Shown here in pieces: positions 51,912-60,567 of a DNA stretch of 64,000 nucleotides. This DNA is from a virus (taxonomy: Duplodnaviria; Caudoviricetes). Below the pieces are notes generated by a model that was not told where the DNA came from, searched no databases, and worked only from the letters and a program-made list of their open reading frames with translations. The position numbers were made by a program, and so were the translations under genes. The stretch is from positions 9,998 through 73,997 of the IMG/VR virus record IMGVR_UViG_3300014167_000003; one strand, given 5' to 3'. Position 1 is the stretch's first letter; each line of letters opens with the position of its first letter.

Positions 51912-52130
51912 TTAGCCCCGGTGTGCAGAGCTGAACGGGTTGGCGTCGCAGCTGCCGCCGCGCGCCTTCTTCATCCGGTGCTTGCCCTTGTGGCCGTGCA
52001 CGGAGCCGCCATGCTTCTTCTCGTGAGCTTCCTTCATCTCCTTCGAGCCCTGGTCGTCGGCCTCGAAGTGCTTCTCGTGCAGCGAGCCGCCGCGCGCCTT
52101 GTGCTTCATGTGGTGCTTGGTGTGACCCAT
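51912..52130 (-). CDS. Small His/Lys-rich protein with three GG motifs
   Basis: AAGGAG RBS; KARGGSL, KHGGSV, KARGGSC. Confidence 0.7.
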   Translation of the reverse strand: MGHTKHHMKHKARGGSLHEKHFEADDQGSKEMKEAHEKKHGGSVHGHKGKHRMKKARGGSCDANPFSSAHRG

Positions 52131-52141
52131 GGTTCTGCTCC

Positions 52142-53134
52142 TTAGACCGACGAGTACTGGGTGTAGCCGAACAGCGGCGCCACGTTGGTGGAGGTGATCG
52201 CCGCGATGTTGGCGGCGGTCGGGTTGCACTGGATCTGCACCCGCAGCGTGCCGTTCGAGGCGGTCGTGCTCTCGTAGATGCCGCGCACGTCGGGCGTGGT
52301 CGACGTCTGGGTCACGATGGTCGACGCCAAGATCAGGTTCGCCGAGGACAGCGCCACCGCGACCTGGCTCGAATACGAGGTCGGCAGCAGGTTGATCAGC
52401 GCGTTCTGGCCCGTGTACGGCGTGTAGAGCGGCATGCCGTAGTGGTCACTGATGCCGATGCTCACGCCGCTCGACGTCGGCGTCGAGCAGTTGGTGATCG
52501 ACGAGACGTACTTGAACGCCTTCTGGCTGTAGATCAGGTAGCCCGACGACTGCGACGTGCCCTGCGACAGCGCGATGGTCTCGGTGATCTTGTAGCCGTA
52601 CATGTCACGGCCGGCGATTGACCAGGTGCCGAGGTCGCCCGAGGACGACGTGGTGATCGAGATGCAGCGGCCGGTGCCGCCGGCCGGGTTCCAGACCGCG
52701 AACGCGCCGTCGCTGCCGAACGACAGATACGCGGCGGTGCTGTCGATGGCCAGCAGGTTGGCGGTCGCCTTCCCGGTCTCGGGCGCGATGATCGTGGTCT
52801 GGTACGTGCCGTTGGCCGACGACGCGGCGTTGAGCGTGTACGTGGTGGTGCCGGACGAGACGGCGGTGTTCGACACGAACGCGTTGGTCGACAACGTGGT
52901 GGGCACGTAGTCGATCTGCGCAATGTTGTTGAAGAAGCTCACCGTCAGCTTCGAGTGGCCCGGCTGGTAGGCGTACGCCACCCGAGGGTCCATCATCGAG
53001 TCACCGAGGTCCGACCACATCGGCGCCCGGTTCGGGTTGTGCTCCAGGTCGTTGCCGAGGATGCCCGTGCCGGCGGTCGACGTCTGCACGAGGCCGAACT
53101 GGCCAATTGGTCCAGTGAATGCGGTTTCCGTCAT
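52142..53134 (-). CDS. Capsid-associated/decoration protein
   Basis: Follows MCP; S/T-rich; G.D.YG...E, GLP pattern. Confidence 0.7.
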   Translation of the reverse strand: MTETAFTGPIGQFGLVQTSTAGTGILGNDLEHNPNRAPMWSDLGDSMMDPRVAYAYQPGHSKLTVSFFNNIAQIDYVPTTLSTNAFVSNTAVSSGTTTYTLNAASSANGTYQTTIIAPETGKATANLLAIDSTAAYLSFGSDGAFAVWNPAGGTGRCISITTSSSGDLGTWSIAGRDMYGYKITETIALSQGTSQSSGYLIYSQKAFKYVSSITNCSTPTSSGVSIGISDHYGMPLYTPYTGQNALINLLPTSYSSQVAVALSSANLILASTIVTQTSTTPDVRGIYESTTASNGTLRVQIQCNPTAANIAAITSTNVAPLFGYTQYSSV

Positions 53135-53149
53135 TGGTCCATCCGCCGG

Positions 53150-54064
53150 TTACGAGGTCGGGAACGTGCCCCAGATGTGCCGCCAGTCGAAGTACGACGG
53201 CACATAGCGCTGGTAGCCCTTGACCAAGAGGTTGTCGGTCGAGAACTCGACGCTCATGTCGCTCTCGAATGCCTTGCGGTTGAAGAACACCAGGCCCGGG
53301 TGGTTGGTCAGGACGAACCACGCGTAGTTCGAGGTCAGGTAGTCATAGACCATGTAGCCTTCCTTGAAGGACTGCTCCATTTCCCTGACAGCGTTGACGT
53401 CGTTGTTGCCGGTGCCGACGCGCAGCTCGGACTTGAACAGGCGCGCCGCGATGGGCTCCAGGTTCGCCGGCACGATCAGCTTCTGGCCGCGAGCGTGGAT
53501 CTTCAGGCCCGCGTTGTTCTTCCAGGTCGAGCGGATGGTGATCGCCGCGTTGAGCAGCGAGGTCTCGTTCAGCGAGACGTCCGGCGACGGCTGGTTGGCG
53601 ATGGTGGCGCCGTCGATGGGATGCGCGGTGTTGATCAGCGACACGCCGTCGCCCTGCACCGTGGTGTTGAACGTCGTCGCGGTGTTGATGATGTTGGCGG
53701 CGTAGACCTCCTCGGTCTCCTTGAACGCCTCCATCAGGCCGTCGTTGTTCGGCCCGAACTCTGCCTTGTACAGGTTGTCGTCGATGGCGGGACGGGTGAT
53801 GGCGTACATCAACCCGATCTCGAAGTGCTGCGCATTGTAGATGTAGCGCTGCCCGCTGTTGTTGTCGGTGGCGGTCGGGCCACCTTCATTCTTCAGCTGG
53901 GCGTAGCCGAGGTACCGCATCGAGGCCCGGCGCTCCAGCGACATGTTGGAGTCGGCCTGCTTGAAGATCTGCGGCCACTGCCGCTCGATCATCGGGTACC
54001 GGCCGTCAATACCCCAGAGGCCGGGAAGGAGGAGATCCTTGATCTGCGAAAGTGCGACGGGCAT
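53150..54064 (-). CDS. Major capsid protein (HK97 fold, gpT-like family)
   Basis: LLPGL..I.G.Y, KNEGG...D, IT..AI.DNLY, E...A..IN, DY.TS..AWF. Confidence 0.88.
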   Translation of the reverse strand: MPVALSQIKDLLLPGLWGIDGRYPMIERQWPQIFKQADSNMSLERRASMRYLGYAQLKNEGGPTATDNNSGQRYIYNAQHFEIGLMYAITRPAIDDNLYKAEFGPNNDGLMEAFKETEEVYAANIINTATTFNTTVQGDGVSLINTAHPIDGATIANQPSPDVSLNETSLLNAAITIRSTWKNNAGLKIHARGQKLIVPANLEPIAARLFKSELRVGTGNNDVNAVREMEQSFKEGYMVYDYLTSNYAWFVLTNHPGLVFFNRKAFESDMSVEFSTDNLLVKGYQRYVPSYFDWRHIWGTFPTS

Positions 54065-54079
54065 CGGTCATCCTCCCTT

Positions 54080-54772
54080 TTACGAGCTGCGCGCCGTCAG
54101 ATTGAGACGGTCGCAGTTGTTGAGGCGAACGATGAGCATGTTCGCGACGTTGGTGTTGTCCGTGCCGTTGATGAAGGCGTTGGTGCCGATGGCCGGGCCG
54201 GAGAGGCCGCCAGGAGGCGCATACGCCGAGTAGAAGTCGACGATGCGGAACGGCTGGCTGTTGCTCGACGTGGTCGAGGTCGACTCGACCGTGACGTTCG
54301 AGTAGCCGGAGAGCGTGTTGCCGGTCGTGGTGTTGTAGGTGATGCCGATGTTCAGGCCGATGTAGGACGACAGGATCGTCGCCTTGGTCGAGGCCTGCAC
54401 CAGGAACTGCTCATCAGGGTCGTCGATGACGTACGCCTTGATGTCCATCGTCGAGCCGGTGACGGAGCCGTCGTAGTAGTTGCTCCACACGACGCGCTGA
54501 ACGATGGGCTGATACTGGTAACAACCCTGGAAGACGCCCCGACACAGGAAGCCGGTCGACGTCGAAACAGAGTTGTTGTTAACCGACGTGATGTAGGCGC
54601 CGGAAAGGTTGGTGCCGCCGTTGCTCGACGTCATCACGGGATCGCCCCGGAAGATCAAGCCGGCGTCGGTGGATGCGATCCAGACTTCGGTCAAGCCGGC
54701 AGTCGGCGACCCGCCTTCGGCGCGGCGGAAGCTCTGGAAGCCCATCGTGGGAGATGCAATGGTATTCGTCAT
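54080..54772 (-). CDS. Capsid cement/decoration protein
   Basis: Directly upstream of MCP; IF.GDPV, GVF.GC.Y, V.DDP...F.VQ. Confidence 0.7.
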   Translation of the reverse strand: MTNTIASPTMGFQSFRRAEGGSPTAGLTEVWIASTDAGLIFRGDPVMTSSNGGTNLSGAYITSVNNNSVSTSTGFLCRGVFQGCYQYQPIVQRVVWSNYYDGSVTGSTMDIKAYVIDDPDEQFLVQASTKATILSSYIGLNIGITYNTTTGNTLSGYSNVTVESTSTTSSNSQPFRIVDFYSAYAPPGGLSGPAIGTNAFINGTDNTNVANMLIVRLNNCDRLNLTARSS

Positions 54773-54798
54773 GTGGACGGCTCCTGAATGGCAACCAC

Positions 54799-54877
54799 CC
54801 GCGACATCGCGGTCTGGTCATCACCTGAGCCTCCACAGCGCGCGGAGGGCGACTTATTGGAGCCAGCGCGGCTTCAA
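54799..54877 (-). promoter_or_regulatory. Structured 5' leader of capsid operon (three hairpins, two with GCGCU loops)
   Basis: UUGAAGCC-GCGCU-GGCUCCAA, CUCCGC-GCGCU-GUGGAG, CCGCG-AUGU-CGCGG. Confidence 0.6.
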
Positions 54878-54882
54878 TGAAT

Positions 54883-54896
54883 TGAGAACTACCTCA
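54883..54896. promoter_or_regulatory. Late-gene dyad upstream of capsid operon
   Basis: TGAGA-ACTA-CCTCA. Confidence 0.7.
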
Positions 54897-54926
54897 GTTC
54901 TTGATGCCGCGCAAGACCCATGCGGT

Positions 54927-55544
54927 TTACTCCGGGATCTCGATCCGCTCGACCGAGCGGTTGATCGTGTTCTTGACGCTCTTGTGGTTGGAGCCGGTGA
55001 CGCCAGGAATGCCGTGGCCGATCTGGTCCTCGGCAATGCGCAGCGGCAGCTGCGCGTCGCGCACCTCGGCGCGCTTGGCCTTCTTCTGCAGCTCGGTCGG
55101 GCGCGCGACCAGAAGGCAGTCGTCCACCGTGATCGGCGCGCTGTTGTCGCCCTTCGGCATGAACAGCCCGTCGAGGATGCCGTCAAAGTCTTCCTGGTGG
55201 ACCGGCGTCCAGCCGCCCTTGGTCATCCGCGACATCTCCTGCGGCATCTCCATGCCGCGCACGGCGCGGGTGATCCACTGCAACGCGATGCCGTCGCGCC
55301 AGAGCGCATCGACGATCTCCTGCGGGATCTTGAGCCGGTCGCTGCCTTCAAGGCCGACGCCAGCGAAGTCGTCGCCCTCCCAGTTCGGCTGCGCCTTCAT
55401 TTTGAGAACCATCGGGTTCCTCGGCGGCGCGACGGCACGGTCGGCGGCGGCAGTGACCGCCTCGGGCGTCATCCTGGCGCGCGGCTTGCCCTTCGGCCAG
55501 CCGCCGCGACGCGGCGTGGCGCCGGTTTCGGTATTCTCACTCAT
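54927..55544 (-). CDS. Conserved head-module protein
   Basis: Between scaffold and capsid; LQW...G...KGGW.PV. Confidence 0.7.
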   Translation of the reverse strand: MSENTETGATPRRGGWPKGKPRARMTPEAVTAAADRAVAPPRNPMVLKMKAQPNWEGDDFAGVGLEGSDRLKIPQEIVDALWRDGIALQWITRAVRGMEMPQEMSRMTKGGWTPVHQEDFDGILDGLFMPKGDNSAPITVDDCLLVARPTELQKKAKRAEVRDAQLPLRIAEDQIGHGIPGVTGSNHKSVKNTINRSVERIEIPE

Positions 55545-56551
55545 CCGGTCTGCTCCGTGGTCTGGCGATAGCTGCCGTTGGCCTTCATGGCCGCGAGCTT
55601 GCGCTTGTTCGCCGCGTAGAGCGCTTCCTTCTGCGCATTGGTCATGTCCGTCGCGGTGAACGAGTTGCGGGCGATCAGCCGCTCCTCGGGCGAGAGCGTG
55701 ACCGAGTTGGTCTGCCGCGTGCCATTGGCACTCGGCACGTCACGAGAGACAGGGGCAGACACGGGCATACTCCTTCGTTGCTGCTGCTGCGGTGGATCGG
55801 GCTCCTTCTTGAACCCGAACTTGGTGTCGAGCGCGTCGAAATACGCGGTCGAGAATGCCGAGATGCCGTCCAGTTCGACGATGGCGCCGTGCGCCGCCTG
55901 GATCTTGGCGTTCTGCTTGGCGTCGTTGATGAACTCAGGGTGCTTGCGCAGCCAGTCCCTCGCCTGCTCCGGCAGCTGCGAAATGCGGGCCTCGAAGTCC
56001 TGGCTCGCCGGCCTGGCGGGCGTGGCCGGCGCCGCCGTCTTGGCCGCCTCGCGCCGGGTCTCGAACGACTGCTTGCCCTCGTCGAGGCGCTCGATGCGCG
56101 CGGCGGCGGTGGCGATCAGGCGCTGCGCCTTGGCGGCGTTCGACCAGTCGCCGGCCGCCGAGAACGCGGCATAGTCGGCCTCAGCCTTTTCCAGCACCGA
56201 GGTCTCGGCGGCGATGGCGGTGAGGACCGAGTTGTACTGGGCGTCCTCACGCTCGCCGCGCTCCTTGGTGATCTCCTCCTGGTGCTGCTGCGCCTGGCGC
56301 AGGGCCTCGTCGCGCTCGCGCTGCGCCGTGCGCGCCAGATCCTCGGCGCGCTGCTGCGCTTCGAGCGCCTTCTGCAGCGGGCCGCCTTCGTCATCGTCGA
56401 CCTTCTTCTTGGTCGGCGGCGGCGCCAGGTTGATCTCTACCGGGACGTCGAGATCATCATCGGGAAGTTCGATGACGACCGACTCTTCCGGCACCGAATT
56501 GTCGTCCATGAGTACCGGCTCTTTGACCGGCGGTGGTTTGATCCTGGGCAT
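55541..56551 (-). CDS. Capsid scaffolding protein
   Basis: Acidic start, long coiled coil, V.LS.EER..A...Y..K C-terminus. Confidence 0.75.
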   Translation of the reverse strand: MPRIKPPPVKEPVLMDDNSVPEESVVIELPDDDLDVPVEINLAPPPTKKKVDDDEGGPLQKALEAQQRAEDLARTAQRERDEALRQAQQHQEEITKERGEREDAQYNSVLTAIAAETSVLEKAEADYAAFSAAGDWSNAAKAQRLIATAAARIERLDEGKQSFETRREAAKTAAPATPARPASQDFEARISQLPEQARDWLRKHPEFINDAKQNAKIQAAHGAIVELDGISAFSTAYFDALDTKFGFKKEPDPPQQQQRRSMPVSAPVSRDVPSANGTRQTNSVTLSPEERLIARNSFTATDMTNAQKEALYAANKRKLAAMKANGSYRQTTEQTG

Positions 56552-56973
56552 CAGAAGGTCACCGTGTCAGGGTTGATGAGGCGCATGCGGATGTGCTGCG
56601 GACCGAGCAGCCGGCAATGCACGTCGTTGATGATCAGCTGCGCACCGTCCTTGACGGTGTAGACGATCCAGTCGCCGACGTTGACGCGCTGACCGTCGAA
56701 CGTCGTCTCCGCGTCGTCCTCGAACGCGGTCGGGCCCATCTTCACGACGAGGCCGACCTTGGACTGGTACGCGTCTTCCTGGATCTGGTCGTCGGCGGCG
56801 TACCACTTCATGCCGCCAAGCGTGCCCTGGCGTGGACGCGGACGCGTCACGACGAGGATCTGGTTATAGAACACCTCAAGGCCCGACAGGTCGCCGAGGT
56901 GCTTCAGGATGGCTTCCTTGGTGCTGCCATCCTCGGCAATTGGAAGCGTCTTCTTTGCGTGTTGGACTGACAC
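56551..56973 (-). CDS. groES: GroES-like co-chaperonin
   Basis: ILV....T.GG.....D......G.VV.MGP.A....V.VGDW.VY. Confidence 0.8.
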   Translation of the reverse strand: MSVQHAKKTLPIAEDGSTKEAILKHLGDLSGLEVFYNQILVVTRPRPRQGTLGGMKWYAADDQIQEDAYQSKVGLVVKMGPTAFEDDAETTFDGQRVNVGDWIVYTVKDGAQLIINDVHCRLLGPQHIRMRLINPDTVTF

Positions 56974-57171
56974 TTAGAGTTCTCCACTCAATTTCAGGTC
57001 GGCCTCGCGCGAGATGTTCAGCGCGATATTGAGCCCCTGCAGTTCGCCGACCATGCGCTTGTAGGCCGCATAGTCGCCCGGTACGCCATCGACGATGGCG
57101 TTGACGAGATCGGCGCGGTGCGCCGCGAGCAGTTCCTCGAACACCCGCGAGTGATGGCTCTTGACCGTCAC
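56974..57171 (-). CDS. Small helical protein
   Basis: GTGA coupling; DYAAYK.MVG..QGL..A. Confidence 0.65.
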   Translation of the reverse strand: MTVKSHHSRVFEELLAAHRADLVNAIVDGVPGDYAAYKRMVGELQGLNIALNISREADLKLSGEL

Positions 57172-57734
57172 TTGCCTTTCGCCCTCCGCTCGGCCTTCTC
57201 CTTGCGGCCGACGCCGGTCGCGGCGCCGCCCGTGTAGAAGCCGCTGTTCTTCTTGGTGCGGTCGGCCCACTTCTTGTCGTTGGCCTTGGTGTCCTCGCCC
57301 TCGATGTACTTGATGCGACCGCCGGACTTGCGCATCGGCATGCCCGGAGGAGGCGGCGCGCCAGGGCCACCCGGCGGCGGCATCATCGGCTTGGGAGGAA
57401 GGGCCGGGCCAGCCATCGGCGGCCCGGCAGGTGGGCCGCCAGGCATAGGCCCAGCGACCGGAGGAGCCCCTTCTTTGTGCGGCATCACAATGGCGATGTT
57501 GGTCTGGTGACCCTTGCCGCCCTTCTTGACCTTGCCGCCGCGCGCGTAACGCTTCGGCGCGCTGTGGCCGGTGACCTTGTCATGGGCCTCGGCTGCGGAC
57601 TTGCTGGTTACCTTGCTGAAGGCGTGGCTCTTGGCGTGCTGCTTCGCGCCCGCCGGCTCTTCCTTCAGGACGACGTGGCCGACGCGACGGTGCGCGACCT
57701 GGTGCTCACGATGCTGGTGATACGGGTGGGTCAT
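57168..57734 (-). CDS. Basic, Pro-rich protein with GG motifs
   Basis: YARGGKV, RKSGGRI; Pro/Gly tract. Confidence 0.7.
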   Translation of the reverse strand: MTHPYHQHREHQVAHRRVGHVVLKEEPAGAKQHAKSHAFSKVTSKSAAEAHDKVTGHSAPKRYARGGKVKKGGKGHQTNIAIVMPHKEGAPPVAGPMPGGPPAGPPMAGPALPPKPMMPPPGGPGAPPPPGMPMRKSGGRIKYIEGEDTKANDKKWADRTKKNSGFYTGGAATGVGRKEKAERRAKGK

Positions 57735-57739
57735 GTTCG

Positions 57740-58009
57740 TTACTCCACGAAGCCGTAGATGGGTTTGATGATGAAGCTCAGGGTGTTCGTGAATTTGTCG
57801 GCATGATCATGGTGTGCCGACTGGCTGCCGCTGGCCTCGATGGAGACGGCCGACGCGTCCGGCATTGCCGCCAGCGACACCTGAATAATATTGAGCACCT
57901 TGTTCTTGATGCTCTCTTCCGGCTCGCTGCACTCGTACGCCGACAGCGCCTTCTCGGCCGACGCCACCACGGCGGCGGGCTTGCCAATTGCGTAAAACGA
58001 CCACGACAT
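57740..58009 (-). CDS. Hypothetical protein
   Basis: Directly after portal stop. Confidence 0.65.
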   Translation of the reverse strand: MSWSFYAIGKPAAVVASAEKALSAYECSEPEESIKNKVLNIIQVSLAAMPDASAVSIEASGSQSAHHDHADKFTNTLSFIIKPIYGFVE

Positions 58010-60520
58010 CTACTTGCCTCCGCTGGGTTTCGGCTTTGCCGCCGCTGCCTTCCGCTGCACTTCCGCCATTGCCTTCTTCTGTTCGAGGTCGGCGGCATTC
58101 TTCTGCTCGTTGAGACGCATGGTCTGCTCGTGCGCCTGCTGTTGCGTCGCCAGCGTCTGCTGGTGCCGCTCGCGCTCGGCCTGCAGCTGCTGCTGGTTCC
58201 TGGCGTGGTCGGCCTGCAGCTGCACCGCCGTCTTGGCGACGTTCTGCTGCAGGTCCGCCTGGGCGCCGACGTGGTCGGTCACCATCTCGTGGTGCGCCTG
58301 CGCGCGCTGGATCGCCATGTCCTGCTGCGACTGCGCGTGCGTCATCTGCAGGTCGTGGGCGTGGATGATCATCTCGGCCTGCACCCGCATCTGCTCCAGG
58401 TAGATCTCGAAGCCCTGCATGCGCTCCTTGAACTGGCGCTCGGCGGCGGCGTCGGCGAACTCGGCCTGCTGCTTCTGCTGGTCGAGGTAGAGCTTCGCCT
58501 GGTCGATCTGCGTCTTCATTTGCTCCGCCTGCGCCTTGGCCTGAATGGCGACCATGCGCGGATCGGGCGGCGGCTGGTTCGTTTGCGCGGTGATCAGGCC
58601 CTCGCTGTCGATGTCGGCGATCCGCATGATGCGCTTCAGCGCCGCGCGGCCGTCCATGTCCTGCGGGTACTTCGTAACCAGCATGTCGATGATGGTCGCC
58701 TTGGCGATCCGGTGCAGGCTGGTCGGGTTGTTGGGATCGGCGACAGGCACCAGCTCGCGCTCTTCGAGCGCCTGCTTGAACTGCTCGATGGTCCACTGCC
58801 GCGCCGGCTTCTTGTTGTGGCGCCAGAACGCTTCAGGGTCCTCACGGAAGCGCTCCTTGAGGAGCGCGAACTCTTCCGCCTGGGCGGCATGGAGGCGCTT
58901 GTGCACGCTGTCCATGATCTTTGTCGCCTGCTCGATCAGTGCCATGGTGGTGCCGACCGGCACATCCGCCTTGCCCTCGCCGATGTTGAGGTCGGCGGTC
59001 TGGCCGAGCCGCTGGCCCACCTCCTCGATGTGCACGGCGAGCTGCGCGAACGCGGCGCCCGTGTCCTTGTACGGCAGCGGCATGAACGCGTCGCTGATCT
59101 TCATGCCCGGCGGCACGTCGACCGGGAAGCCGCCACCAGGCGGCACGCGGATCTGGTTGATGTTCTGGCGCCCGGCCTGCTTGGCGAACAGGAAGCCCGG
59201 GAAGTTCGCGAACATGCCGTTGTCGATCATGATCCGCCAGATCGCGGTCAGCGCCATGGTGACGTTGCCGAGCAGGTGGATGAGGCCGATGCCGTAGAAG
59301 CCCAGGCCACGGATGAATGGGAATTGCACGAAGAAGTTCTTGGCCAGCGCCTGCTCGTCGTCCTCGGCCCAGTTGCGGCGCACGGCGAGAACCTGGCGGC
59401 TCTCCTTCTCGATGGTGACGACGTACGGGAGCGGCAGCTCCTTGCCCTTGAATTGCTTCGGCGCGAAGTCCGGCAGGTCCCACTCGCAGTAGCATTCGTA
59501 GACGGTGTAGTCGGCGTCCTTCGGCTGCTGCGGCTGCGGCTTGTACCCGCCGATGGCGGCCTTCTCCTTCTCCGGCTCCGTGACCAGCGTCGCCGGGTCC
59601 GGCGCGCCGAGCTTGACGTCGCGGTAGTAGCCGTCGATCTGCATGCGGCGCAGCCAGGACGGCCGCATCTTGATCTTGTGCGTCACCCGGCCGCAGTTGC
59701 GGATGTCGGTCGCCGCGTTGGACACGATCATGTCCTCGGCGTCGACACTCTCCGACACCGGGCGGCGGCGCAAAGGACAGTTGTAGACCTTCTTGAAGCC
59801 GTCGCCGCCGAAGCCGACGTAGAAGAGCATGCGGTCGGTGTCAGGCACGTACTCGGTCGCGGTGACGGTGAGATAGTGGTTGAAGTCCTTTTCGAGCGCC
59901 GAGCCCAGGTCGTCCATCGCCTGGCCCTCGATGTCGCCGGGCGGGTTGTTGTGGCCCATGCCGGGAGCCGGCGGCGTACCGGGCGGCGGCTCCGGCAGAT
60001 CCGGCCGCATCGGCTGGTCGTTGCGGACCTTGACCGGGCCGGCGGCGGGCAGCAGCTCGCCGCGCGCGGTCGCCTGAAACTTGACGGTCGCCTCCAGGAG
60101 GAGCGGGTGCCGGATCGTCGACATGCCTTCCAGTGGCGCCGAGGATGTGCCGAGATCGCCGCGCGGCTCCTCGATCTTCAGGCCGAGGAAACGAATGCCG
60201 GTCGCGCGCGTGTCCATCCAGTCCTTGCGCGAGTCGATGTCGAGCTGGATGCCGGTGAGCAGATCCGACGCCATGCGGCCGAGTTCGTCGTCGCTGATCT
60301 CGCCGGCAAGGTTGCGGTAGAAGTCGTTCTCGTCGACATCGCCGGCATCGATGCCGCTGCCGTCGCTGATGGTGACGGAGCCGTCCTCGTGCTCGATGTG
60401 CGTGGTGCCGTCGTGGTGGGAGATCTTCGGCGCGCCGTCGCCAAGATCGATCTCAGTAGGGTCCAGCTGCGCCTCTGTGGGCGCTGGATCAACCAGACGA
60501 AGACCTGACGGCGCGGCCAT
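58010..60520 (-). CDS. Portal protein
   Basis: 836 aa after TerL; HPLL.EA..FQA.A..EL, G..FKKVY, GFYGIGLIHL, P.GT..AL.E, coiled-coil tail. Confidence 0.9.
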   Translation of the reverse strand: MAAPSGLRLVDPAPTEAQLDPTEIDLGDGAPKISHHDGTTHIEHEDGSVTISDGSGIDAGDVDENDFYRNLAGEISDDELGRMASDLLTGIQLDIDSRKDWMDTRATGIRFLGLKIEEPRGDLGTSSAPLEGMSTIRHPLLLEATVKFQATARGELLPAAGPVKVRNDQPMRPDLPEPPPGTPPAPGMGHNNPPGDIEGQAMDDLGSALEKDFNHYLTVTATEYVPDTDRMLFYVGFGGDGFKKVYNCPLRRRPVSESVDAEDMIVSNAATDIRNCGRVTHKIKMRPSWLRRMQIDGYYRDVKLGAPDPATLVTEPEKEKAAIGGYKPQPQQPKDADYTVYECYCEWDLPDFAPKQFKGKELPLPYVVTIEKESRQVLAVRRNWAEDDEQALAKNFFVQFPFIRGLGFYGIGLIHLLGNVTMALTAIWRIMIDNGMFANFPGFLFAKQAGRQNINQIRVPPGGGFPVDVPPGMKISDAFMPLPYKDTGAAFAQLAVHIEEVGQRLGQTADLNIGEGKADVPVGTTMALIEQATKIMDSVHKRLHAAQAEEFALLKERFREDPEAFWRHNKKPARQWTIEQFKQALEERELVPVADPNNPTSLHRIAKATIIDMLVTKYPQDMDGRAALKRIMRIADIDSEGLITAQTNQPPPDPRMVAIQAKAQAEQMKTQIDQAKLYLDQQKQQAEFADAAAERQFKERMQGFEIYLEQMRVQAEMIIHAHDLQMTHAQSQQDMAIQRAQAHHEMVTDHVGAQADLQQNVAKTAVQLQADHARNQQQLQAERERHQQTLATQQQAHEQTMRLNEQKNAADLEQKKAMAEVQRKAAAAKPKPSGGK

Positions 60521-60543
60521 CTAATACCTGTTGGGCCAAGGTT

Positions 60544-60557
60544 TGAGGACGTCCTCA
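60544..60557. promoter_or_regulatory. Late-gene dyad upstream of portal
   Basis: TGAGG-ACGT-CCTCA, perfect palindrome. Confidence 0.78.
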
Positions 60558-60567
60558 TAACATGGCG

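Noticed and set aside
53150-54064. Mu-like transposable phage suggested by gpT-like capsid
   Set aside because: No transposase; podoviral tail genes and a tRNA-targeting integrase are present.
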